Virus record (IMG/VR): IMGVR_UViG_3300032285_002367
Coordinates: 1 to 41,644 of that record
Strand: one strand, 5' to 3'
DNA: 41,644 nucleotides
Origin: a virus
Taxonomy: Duplodnaviria > Caudoviricetes
Part shown: positions 1 to 8,347 of the stretch, piece by piece
Position numbering within the stretch: position 1 is the first letter of the stretch
Layout: every line of letters begins with the position of its first letter
The notes under the pieces: generated by a model
Seen by the model: the letters and a program-made list of their open reading frames with translations, nothing else
Database searches by the model: none
What the model was told of the DNA's origin: nothing
Translations under genes and position numbers: made by a program

Positions 1-139
1 CTCCGGGCTCGAGCTCTATCTCTAAACCATCAATACCAATCTTTACAGACTCCGGGTCTTCAATTTCTATCTCAATATCTGGCTCGTTTTCTAATGCATC
101 GAGTCCAATTGGTGCTTGGTATAGGGATTTATCAATCAT
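1..139 (-). CDS. Probable portal protein, N-terminal part (runs off window start)
   Basis: ATG at 139 with AGGA RBS just after the terL stop; reads MIDKSLYQAPIGLDALENEPDIEIEIEDPESVKIGIDGLEIELEPG, open to the edge. Position directly downstream of terL is typical of portal genes. Confidence 0.65.
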   Translation of the reverse strand, partial: MIDKSLYQAPIGLDALENEPDIEIEIEDPESVKIGIDGLEIELEPG

Positions 140-147
140 GTCGTGTC

Positions 148-1635
148 CTAGTAGTATGCTGCTTTGCGTCTAAAGTTAATTGGTTCTTCTGCCTCATCTG
201 ATGGTAGGCGCACAAAGCCGCCCTTCCTATATCGGATTAAGGCTTGTGTGCTCGAATCCACTAAGTCATCGTGTTCGGAATTGGGAAATGCTGCCATTTC
301 CTCAATCACTTCTTCCGCCCAACGTTTTCTTGGTGCCCAGACCTTGCCAGACGCAAACAAGTCTGTTACCGAATTCATACGGGCAATCTTATCATTACCC
401 CTCGTAGGTGTAAACTCTGATACAGGAATACCCATTCTGCGTAGCTCAAAGATTAGTGGGCTTCCTGCCGCCTTTGCTTCAACGATAAAGACATCTGGTT
501 CCCATTCCTTGTAATACTGAAGGGCTCTTTCCTTTAATTCAGGGAACTCAAGCCGCTCTTTAACAGCATCCAGAAGGATAATGTTGGGCTGCATCTCGTC
601 TTCATTTAAATAAAAAACCCCCCAAGTCGTGCAGGCTGAGTAGTCGCTCCGCTCATTTTTTGTATACGCCGTATCCCAAGACTGGATGATATATTCACAA
701 ATCGGTGGCTTTTCTAGCGTCCACTCCTGCCACCACTCCCGCTTTACAAGCGCACCCTCTTCACTCGTAGGTTGTTGCTGATACTGTGCATTCCACTTAG
801 AAACCGGTAATTCTTCCTTAAGTGCCTGTAATTCCTCTAGTTTCCAGAACTGAGGCCACAGGGCTTTACCGGATGGCAGGATGGCAGGGAAGTCAATAAT
901 CTCCCATGTGTCACCATCCCGCTCTATAGAAGACTTTAAAATCTTTCCAGTTAAATCCCGTTTAGACCATCGTGTCATTACGACAATAATCGAACCGCCC
1001 GGCTGTAAACGCTGGCGTGGTCCTGAGCCGTACCACTCATAAACCTTATCGTAGACCTCTGGATTGGTGTTTGCTATGGCTGCTTCTTGTTCCGAGTGAG
1101 GGTCGTCAATAATGAGCAAATCCGCTCCTTTACCCGTGACGGTGCCTCCAACACCAATAGCAAAGTATTCACCATTGCTATTTGTGCTCCAACGACCAGC
1201 AGCCTTGCTATCAGACCTAAGACTGACATTTGGAAATATTCTCGCATATTGTTCACTCCCTACTAAGTTACGGACTTTACGTCCAAAGCCAACGGCTAAT
1301 TCCGCTGTATTAGAACACTGGATAATCTTCTTATTCGGAAACTTACCCAAAAACCACGCCGGCAGCAGATAGGACGCAAACTCCGACTTCGTATGACGAG
1401 GCGGCATATTGATGATTAGACGTCTAGTCTTGCCTTCGGCAATATCTTGGAACTTCTGAGCCATCACCTTATGGTGCGCTCCATTAATAAATCCGGGCCA
1501 CATTTCCCCGACAAACTTCATAAAATCTTCTTGCGCCGCTTCCCTCTTTAGGCTGGACATATACTCCTGTGCCATCTCCATAAAGGACTCTTGCTCCACT
1601 AAGGGAAGCTGGCTAATAATTTTTTCTAAGTCCAT
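148..1635 (-). CDS. terL: Terminase large subunit
   Basis: Walker A-like MPPRHTKS, Walker B LLIIDDP, coupling motif VMTRW, nuclease motifs SWDTA and HDDLVDS. Confidence 0.97.
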   Translation of the reverse strand: MDLEKIISQLPLVEQESFMEMAQEYMSSLKREAAQEDFMKFVGEMWPGFINGAHHKVMAQKFQDIAEGKTRRLIINMPPRHTKSEFASYLLPAWFLGKFPNKKIIQCSNTAELAVGFGRKVRNLVGSEQYARIFPNVSLRSDSKAAGRWSTNSNGEYFAIGVGGTVTGKGADLLIIDDPHSEQEAAIANTNPEVYDKVYEWYGSGPRQRLQPGGSIIVVMTRWSKRDLTGKILKSSIERDGDTWEIIDFPAILPSGKALWPQFWKLEELQALKEELPVSKWNAQYQQQPTSEEGALVKREWWQEWTLEKPPICEYIIQSWDTAYTKNERSDYSACTTWGVFYLNEDEMQPNIILLDAVKERLEFPELKERALQYYKEWEPDVFIVEAKAAGSPLIFELRRMGIPVSEFTPTRGNDKIARMNSVTDLFASGKVWAPRKRWAEEVIEEMAAFPNSEHDDLVDSSTQALIRYRKGGFVRLPSDEAEEPINFRRKAAYY

Positions 1636-1683
1636 ATTTCCGATAGTAAGCGTATAAGGCTATAGCGATGAATGAGAGGATAC

Positions 1684-1917
1684 TCATAAGTCTTTAATCT
1701 TCAAATAAGAAGGCCGCACTGACCTAGCACTACGTGGCAGCCTTTTGCAGTACCCCAAATCACATAACTTCACCATAATCCTATGGACATTAGACTTAGA
1801 CTTATATCCCGTAATATTCATGACTTCTTCCATGGAAGGACCAAAGCCATACTTTCTCCAATAGGCATCTAATACCATATAGACCTGATTCTGTACTTCG
1901 GTCATCTCTCTGTCCAA
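1684..1917 (-). CDS. LexA N-terminal-like winged-helix DNA-binding protein, no peptidase domain
   Basis: MTEVQ..VY...YGFGPSMEEV...GYKSKSNVH....L...GY..R.PRSARSV parallels the LexA DBD pattern (G.PPT..EI....G.S...V...L..L...G.I....ARS). Confidence 0.8.
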   Translation of the reverse strand: MDREMTEVQNQVYMVLDAYWRKYGFGPSMEEVMNITGYKSKSNVHRIMVKLCDLGYCKRLPRSARSVRPSYLKIKDL

Positions 1918-1977
1918 AAAAATATACCCCCCACCCCTATTTCATTCAAAAACATAAGGGGGGTGTTTCCCATAGGA

Positions 1978-2697
1978 TTATTCATCGGCTTTCCCAGATG
2001 CCTCTTTTTCTGGCAAAACAGGGGACTCTTGCTCAGAATCACCAGATTGTTTGTCAGGAATACTATGCAGTAGTAACTCGTCAGCGACGGGCTCATTTAG
2101 GTTGGTGGGGGTGTGGTGGGTCTCCGTTTCTGCCCTTTTCCTGCCGCCAATTTCCGCCATCAGTTCCGACACATCGCCGTCAATCGTCCTAGCGTTGTCC
2201 TGCATAGCCTGCTTAAGCTGCTCCAGCAATTTAGCCCTGTTAGTCTCGCTATCGTGGATGATTGTCTTCTGTGCTATGTGCTGAAACGCATCAACGCCGG
2301 CGACAGTGCCCAGCGTGCGAAGAGCTGCGACACGCACGGAAGGGGAATTCTCGGGGTCGGTGGCTTCTTTTGTGAGGTTAGAGACCACTAAAGCCCTTAT
2401 TTGACCTAGAGAATAAGACTTCTGAAATTCAATCCCCTTCTGTATGGCTTCCGTCATCGCCTGAATGTCATCCCGTTTTGCGAGCTGGTATCCCTTATTG
2501 GCGACAGTAGCTGTATTCCCCTTACTGTTATACGCCTTGCGATAGCTTCCGGCTTTAGTCTCACCCCTAGCGAGATTCTCACAAAACGCCTTTTGCTTAG
2601 TCGTTAGCCGGCTTTTACTTGTCCCGAGCAATATAGACTCGATAGGCTGCTGCTCTAATACTTCGCTTATTTGTGCTTTAGTTAGTTTGGCTGGCAT
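1978..2697 (-). CDS. Probable terminase small subunit
   Basis: LTTKQKAFCENLARGETKAGSYRKAY is the typical TerS N-terminal HTH; lies upstream of terL. Start taken at ATG 2697 (MPAKL). Confidence 0.7.
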   Translation of the reverse strand: MPAKLTKAQISEVLEQQPIESILLGTSKSRLTTKQKAFCENLARGETKAGSYRKAYNSKGNTATVANKGYQLAKRDDIQAMTEAIQKGIEFQKSYSLGQIRALVVSNLTKEATDPENSPSVRVAALRTLGTVAGVDAFQHIAQKTIIHDSETNRAKLLEQLKQAMQDNARTIDGDVSELMAEIGGRKRAETETHHTPTNLNEPVADELLLHSIPDKQSGDSEQESPVLPEKEASGKADE

Positions 2698-2748
2698 GTT
2701 GATATATATGAGAACGAATTGAGAACATGAGAGGGATTCTATCACAAC

Positions 2749-2768
2749 TACTGTTTAGGTATACAGTA
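2749..2768. promoter_or_regulatory. SOS (LexA) box overlapping the predicted terS promoter
   Basis: TACTGTTTAGGTATACAGTA = CTGT-N8-ACAG with TA flanks; minus-strand extended -10 TGATAGAAT at 2744-2736. Confidence 0.7.
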
Positions 2769-2901
2769 TTTAAACTAATCCATAAAAACATAAGCGGGAT
2801 TTTAGGATTTTGGCAGCGAATAACACGCCGGCAGCCGGAACGATTCCCGCAGCAGCTCAGGAAAAAATAAGGGTTATCCCTAGTAATTATTTTTGGTTTT
2901 C

Positions 2902-2943
2902 TTGACCTAGGTCAATTTTTTAATGGTTTAGCCGGTTTAATCT
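2902..2943 (+). promoter_or_regulatory. Early promoter with FNR/CRP-family-like palindrome
   Basis: Perfect palindrome TTGACCTAGGTCAA at 2902-2915 and -10-like TAATCT at 2938-2943. Spacing fits a class II (-41.5) site. Confidence 0.55.
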
Positions 2944-2986
2944 ATGCATGTATTACCCGATTACTAACCTATAAGGAATAGAACTT

Positions 2987-3283
2987 ATGAAGACAGAACA
3001 GCAGCAGGACGCACTCAACAGAGCCCGCTCAGGTAATTCTATGCTGAACTACCAAGCAATTCTAGCGGGTTTCACCGCTAAGGGCATTCCAGCAGCCGAC
3101 ATTATCCCCCGTGAAAATGTATTGACCTATGACGCATGGCAAGCAATCGGACGCCAAGTAAAAAAAGGGGAAAAAGGCGTTAAGGTTATAAGCTGGAAAA
3201 AAATGATTGATAAAACCGGCACGGAAAAAATCCGCCCAGCACCGGCGACTGTATTTCACATTACACAGACTGAGGGGAAATAA
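2987..3283 (+). CDS. ArdC N-terminal-like ssDNA-binding / antirestriction protein
   Basis: VLTYDAWQAIGRQVKKGEKG...VFHITQT matches the ArdC-N (DUF1738) motif T..W...GR.V.KGEKG...VF...Q. First early gene, AAGGA RBS. Confidence 0.8.
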   Translation: MKTEQQQDALNRARSGNSMLNYQAILAGFTAKGIPAADIIPRENVLTYDAWQAIGRQVKKGEKGVKVISWKKMIDKTGTEKIRPAPATVFHITQTEGK

Positions 3284-3456
3284 TGACACGATATACCATT
3301 AAAGACGCCGCCGGCGTCATACACGAATTTAAGACCCTTAAAGCTGCGAGAGCTTCCAGCGTCGGTTTTACTAATGGAATGAGGATTATTGCCCAAATCA
3401 ATAAACCGGCAGCGAAAAAGCCGCCGGCAGCCGCCCAACAATCCGCAGCCGCTTAA
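3283..3456 (+). CDS. Small hypothetical early protein (57 aa)
   Basis: TAATG coupling, GAGGGG RBS; MTRYTIKDAAG...QQSAAA. Confidence 0.6.
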   Translation: MTRYTIKDAAGVIHEFKTLKAARASSVGFTNGMRIIAQINKPAAKKPPAAAQQSAAA

Positions 3457-3462
3457 GGGGAA

Positions 3463-3642
3463 ATGATGAACAAAAAAGAAAAATTGGCACATGTAAGCCT
3501 AGTAATGACGATAAACCAAAAAAGGGAGCTGGACGCCTATTGTCAGGAAATAGACTTAAACACCAGCCAGCTAGCTAGACGCCTGATATTGACGGAATTA
3601 AAAAACAGAAGTTGGGCAAAAATTCAACCGGCAGGAGCTTAA
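3463..3642 (+). CDS. Ribbon-helix-helix (CopG-like) DNA-binding protein, 59 aa
   Basis: Not in the ORF track. AHVSLVMTINQKRELDAYCQEIDLNTSQLARRLI fits the RHH pattern (beta strand, helix, S...R helix); AAGGGG RBS. Confidence 0.65.
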   Translation: MMNKKEKLAHVSLVMTINQKRELDAYCQEIDLNTSQLARRLILTELKNRSWAKIQPAGA

Positions 3643-3645
3643 AAA

Positions 3646-3804
3646 ATGACTTATTCCATTTATATCGAATTCACAGATAACACCTATAAAGTAATTAAAA
3701 GACGGGCAGCCAGCGAGCAGGACGCCGAACGCTTAGCGATTGATTACGCCGGCAGCTTAGACCGAGATATTTATTTTATTGAACTTGAGGAGCTAACAGC
3801 ATGA
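3646..3804 (+). CDS. Small hypothetical early protein (52 aa)
   Basis: AGGAG RBS; MTYSIYIEF...AASEQDAERLA. Confidence 0.6.
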   Translation: MTYSIYIEFTDNTYKVIKRRAASEQDAERLAIDYAGSLDRDIYFIELEELTA

Positions 3805-3890
3805 GCACAACCGAATTTTTTATTTTAATTGGCACTATTTCCGCCTGCATTTTAATGGCACTTGCTGCACCTTTTATAGGAGTTTAAAAA

Positions 3891-4067
3891 ATGAATATTT
3901 ATATTGAAGAAGGTTATCAAAGCCGCCGGCACTATCTCGAATGCTTATCAGAAGATATGGGAATAAGTAAAGAGACTGTATTTATGACAGCGAGCATTTT
4001 AGGCAGCTCAGAGGATTTTGATGGGCTTATCACTACTTTAGAAGATATGGGAGAGGATTTTGAGTAA
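3891..4067 (+). CDS. Small acidic early protein (58 aa)
   Basis: AGGAG RBS; MNIYIEEGYQSRRHYLECLSED...LGSSEDFDGLITTLED. Confidence 0.65.
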   Translation: MNIYIEEGYQSRRHYLECLSEDMGISKETVFMTASILGSSEDFDGLITTLEDMGEDFE

Positions 4068-4190
4068 ATTAGACTATTTTTTTAGATGGTTTTTAAACAT
4101 CACAGAGCAGCTTTTTAGCTTTTTTGTAATTATTGCGGGATTTTATGCCCTTTGGCTTGTATTTTCCGCACTCACTAAGGACATTAAATA

Positions 4191-4436
4191 ATGGAACTTA
4201 AACCAATAGCGGCAAACATGACAGAAATTAGACTAAACGCCGGCAAACTGATTCTATTCAGTTATCAAACGCCGGTAGCTAGCTGGGAAGACGGAAAATT
4301 TTATATTACCGCCGACCGGTGGAGCAATACCACGCAGCGACACATAAATAAGTGGCTTAAGGAATTTAGCAGCGACCGCAAAGCCGCCGAAGTTGTGCCA
4401 CAAGACTATTTTACTTTTTTAATGGGGAAATCATGA
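4191..4436 (+). CDS. Hypothetical phage early protein
   Basis: AAGGA RBS; LFSYQTPVA...WSNTTQRHINKW motif common in phage early proteins. Confidence 0.75.
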   Translation: MELKPIAANMTEIRLNAGKLILFSYQTPVASWEDGKFYITADRWSNTTQRHINKWLKEFSSDRKAAEVVPQDYFTFLMGKS

Positions 4437-4759
4437 TACAAACCATAAATTTACACGACTTCAGAAATGCTTTTCAGGCAGCCGGAAGAGGTGAGCAATT
4501 CACTTATGAGGGTTTAGGGGTTTTATTTGACTATCTCGAGCAGCTCGAATATGACACCGGCAGCAGCATAGACCTAGATGTTATAGGCTTATGCTGCGAT
4601 TACGCCGAGAGCACGCCGGAAGAAATTGCGCGAGATTATGATATAGACCTAGAGGGAATAGACTTAGCGGACGCATTTAAGCCGGTTATAGAGCATTTAG
4701 AGCAAGAGACCAGCATTTGCGGGACTACCGACGACACAATTATTTTCCAATTATTTTAA
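4433..4759 (+). CDS. Highly acidic phage early protein
   Basis: ATGA overlap; FTYEGL..LFDYLE...LDVIGLCCDY; very D/E rich. Confidence 0.75.
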   Translation: MIQTINLHDFRNAFQAAGRGEQFTYEGLGVLFDYLEQLEYDTGSSIDLDVIGLCCDYAESTPEEIARDYDIDLEGIDLADAFKPVIEHLEQETSICGTTDDTIIFQLF

Positions 4760-4769
4760 GGGGTTAAAA

Positions 4770-5953
4770 ATGATATATACACAATATATAAAAGCCGAGA
4801 ACGCACAGGGCAAGATAGAGCACGCAATCCATAAATGCCACGCTATCAGCGACCTAGACGCCTACCATAAAATGCGGGATTTTTGCGACGCTAAGCAGCT
4901 TTATATTATGGACTATGACACCGAGATAATCGACGAACCCAGCGACCACGAATAAAGGGGAAAAAATGAAATTCAATTACTACACTTATCACATATCCGG
5001 CAGCTATTTAAGTGCTCTAATCAACGGCGACTATTCCGGATTATCCGACGAAGAAACCGCCAATATTTACCGATTTTTGGATAATTTGCCGGTAAGAGGG
5101 CATTTTGATGTTATCGAAGATTCCGAGAATTTTAGGAATTGCGAGATATGCAACTTATACGCTGAAACACATGAGACCCGCTTATATTTTCCGGAGCTCT
5201 CAGCATGATTCAATATTACATAAACAATAGACCGGTGCCACGAGCAATAGCCCGCCAGCGACTAGAGCAGGGAAACCCGACGCTATCACCTTCACAAATT
5301 AGCGACGCCCTGCAAAGGGCTGTAAACAACGATAAACACGCCGCCGCCTTAATAGGTCAATCCGGCATCACCATTTATAAGGGGATATTATGAAACCACG
5401 CAGCATAGAATTTTATTCAGACGCTTACGCTTACGCCGTAGGATATAGAGACGGAAGAGAGGGAAACAATGTCGAATTTCCCGAGCTCTCTCGATTTATT
5501 GAACACCATCAAGATTTATATAGGGACGGATACGAGCAGGGCAAGCGGGATTATTTCCGATATGACCACCACGACCAAACGCCCGCTTATGCACCTATTC
5601 AGAGTGCAGCATGACGGACGCCGACGCCAAAATGATAAACCTACTAGGGAACAGCCTTTATTGGCAAACCCTAGTAAACCGCACCACGACCGACCAAAAA
5701 CAACGGGAACGGACGGCGGCAGCTATTCAAAAACTCACAGAACAGATAAGGGCACTAAATGACACTATCAGAGATTAAGACCGCATTATCAGAGAATAAG
5801 CGGGTTTTCCACGGCTCACCGGCTTATGAGGTTAAGCGGGACAATATCGGGCAATATTTAATTATATGCAGCCTAAACGATTACACCATAGGATTAACGC
5901 ACCGAGACGGGCAAACCATGAACGGAAAAGAAGAGGATTTTTTTATAGGGTAA
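4770..5953 (+). other. Run of small translationally coupled hypothetical genes (4770-4955, 4966-5208, 5205-5393, 5390-5614, 5759-5953)
   Basis: ORF track, GGGG/GGAG RBSs and ATGA overlaps. Confidence 0.7.
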
Positions 5954-5971
5954 ACACCTATTATTTTTTTA

Positions 5972-6023
5972 TCCAAAATTTTTGCAATATATGTTAGCGT
6001 TATACATATTGCATTTTTTTGGA
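5972..6023. promoter_or_regulatory. Imperfect inverted repeat containing a candidate promoter for the second early module
   Basis: TCCAAAA..TGCAATAT ... ATATTGCA..TTTTGGA; TTGCAA(5982)-N17-CATATT(6005). Confidence 0.45.
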
Positions 6024-6060
6024 CTAAATTTTTTAAAAAGTTTTTTGTAGTCAGTAGTTG

Positions 6061-6101
6061 AGGGTCAGGCTTATATAGCTGGCAATTAAGGGTCAGGCTT
6101 A
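6061..6101 (+). repeat. Direct repeat AGGGTCAGGCTTA x2 (third copy inside the primase gene)
   Basis: Copies at 6061-6073 and 6089-6101; AGGGTCAGGCTT again at 10999-11010. Confidence 0.85.
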
Positions 6102-6118
6102 AATCAGAGGAGATTATT

Positions 6119-6670
6119 ATGGGCTGGACAGGAATGTATCCCCCTTCACATAGGGATAAAAAAAGATGGCTGCTAGAGGAGTTTAATCAGGCTGGAAAAG
6201 TAGGGACAAATCCATCATGGGAATTGACCGACTTATCCATTAAGGGTAATACCGCCTATGGCATTTATACGCATATTAGAGCAGATGGGAGTTGGCATAG
6301 CATGGGCATTGTGATTCTGATGTCATTTAGAGCTGATGAATGGGCTTATAAGGATATGACGGAAGATATGATGCCTTACTACTATGATGCACCGCTTAGT
6401 TTAATCCATAAGCTAGAGAAGTTATGCCCAGCTATTGAGGGTAATGCTAGACAATGGCGGGATTATTGCATAGCTCAGGCGACCAAGATTAAGGTAAAGC
6501 TAGAGACCGGCACGACAGTTAAATTTAAACACGAGCTTAATTTCAGATTGTTTAAGGCTGATACTTTTGAGGTTTATAAAGACGGACGCAAGACCTTTTT
6601 TTATGCACCGAACGGGGTCAAATGCCGCATTACTAAATGGCAGGACAAAGAATACGAGGTAATAGCATGA
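6119..6670 (+). CDS. DUF6927-like protein
   Basis: MGW start and W.YKDM.E.M.PYYYD.P motif; GAGGAG RBS. Confidence 0.65.
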   Translation: MGWTGMYPPSHRDKKRWLLEEFNQAGKVGTNPSWELTDLSIKGNTAYGIYTHIRADGSWHSMGIVILMSFRADEWAYKDMTEDMMPYYYDAPLSLIHKLEKLCPAIEGNARQWRDYCIAQATKIKVKLETGTTVKFKHELNFRLFKADTFEVYKDGRKTFFYAPNGVKCRITKWQDKEYEVIA

Positions 6671-7779
6671 ACGAGAAAACTTTTATCGCCGAACAGATTT
6701 ACGACTTTTTAATGGAAAACAATTACACAAGGTTAGATTTTGTAAAAAATTTTCCTGATAGTTGGTATGACTATGGCAAGGGAATTATTTATTTATCCGG
6801 CAGCGAGGATTTAAACGAATACAAAATTACTGTGGAGGTAGCATGAGATTCTATATAAAAACTGAGGTATGTGGAAACCCTGATTATGGGCAACACCCTG
6901 ATTTTCCGCCATACGGAGTGGATATTGTTTTTTTATCCGCAGATACTTTTGAGGGTTTGCTAGACCAAGTAAAGGAATGGCAATACCAAAATGATATTGG
7001 CGGCGGGAATTGGCAGAACCCAGCACTATACGAAAACGAAGAGATAGTGGGTTATATGTCATACAACGGCAAAGTATGGAAAGAAAAGCATTGGACGCCG
7101 ACTACTGAACAGGTTTACTTTAGGGAGACTGTATGAAGATTGGTGCATGGTGCGAAATTGAATGGCAAGACGACCTTGCTCAAGGGTTTAGATATATCAG
7201 TTTTGGAACATATGACGAGGAAAACGACAGCGATTCTTATGGAGTTGCTGATGACGCTATTCTTTTTTATTGCCCTGAAAGTGATTTTTTAAAGTTAGTA
7301 GAGACCGGTAGCGGGGATTTCAAAATTACCCATTTTGATTATGAGGAGATTGAAAATGCAATTTAGAGTTTATACGGACGAACAAATTACTGTATGGCAA
7401 AGGGTTGGATTAGTCATTACCGCCGAGAGTGAACGAGAGCTCGAGGAGATTTTAAACGAACCGCCGTTATTCCAAAAGGCTATGGCAGCCGGTCAAATTG
7501 AATATACCGGTCATATAGACCCTTATTGGGATACTGAGGAACATCAAGATTGGGAGCATGACGCACCCACTATTGACATTATTAAGGAGATTGAAGATGC
7601 CAGCATATAGAGTAGTTTTTGCAAGTTATTGCACAGAGATTGTTGAGGCAGAAAATGAACAAGAGGCTATTGATTTAGCCAATGGGCAATTTAGCCCTGA
7701 TTATGAATGGACAATAGCAGATGTAAGCATTGATGACGATTTTAGCCCGCTTGAATACAAGGAGATTGAAAATGCCTAA
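6667..7779 (+). other. Coupled small acidic early genes (6667-6846, 6843-7136, 7133-7366, 7356-7610, 7597-7779)
   Basis: Starts re-assigned to RBS-preceded ATGs overlapping upstream stops. Confidence 0.7.
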
Positions 7780-8347
7780 TTGGTGCAATAACACGCTTTA
7801 CCTATCACATGACGACGATTCCATGATTCAGAGAGTGGAAGATGCTTATCGTGCCGACAAACTGATTTCAGAGTTTTATCCATGCCCGCCGGAGCTTACC
7901 GAAACAATCGCCGGACGAGCTGGAGACAATGAAAGCTATGCCCAGCGACTGCTTGAGTTTAAGCAGAAGTTAAACCTAGAGTTTTTTGGTGCTAAGGATT
8001 GGTATGATTGGCAAGTAAAAAATTGGGGGACTAAATGGGATATAGCCCACGATAATGGCGGCGACAGCGACCGGCAGCAAAACCGAATAACGATTAGTTT
8101 TTGTAGTGCATATGCACCACCGACGGGTTTTTATGACAAATTAGGAGAGCTAGGATTTTCCGTAAGTGCCTACTACTATGAAAGTGGCTGCTGTTTTTGC
8201 GGGCAATACTTCGAGGGAGTAGATGAGTGCTATGACATAAACGGCGGCTCAGAATGGGTAAAAGAGAATATTCCGGAAGTAATTGATTTGGAATTTGGTA
8301 TTTCTGAGGATATGTCTTATTGGGAAGAGGAGCAGGAAAATGCCTAA
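7772..8347 (+). CDS. DUF1281/YubB ferredoxin-like domain protein
   Basis: MPNWCNN start and DWYDW.V.NWGTKWD motif, then F.SA..PP and YYE.G..F.G. Confidence 0.75.
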   Translation: MPNWCNNTLYLSHDDDSMIQRVEDAYRADKLISEFYPCPPELTETIAGRAGDNESYAQRLLEFKQKLNLEFFGAKDWYDWQVKNWGTKWDIAHDNGGDSDRQQNRITISFCSAYAPPTGFYDKLGELGFSVSAYYYESGCCFCGQYFEGVDECYDINGGSEWVKENIPEVIDLEFGISEDMSYWEEEQENA

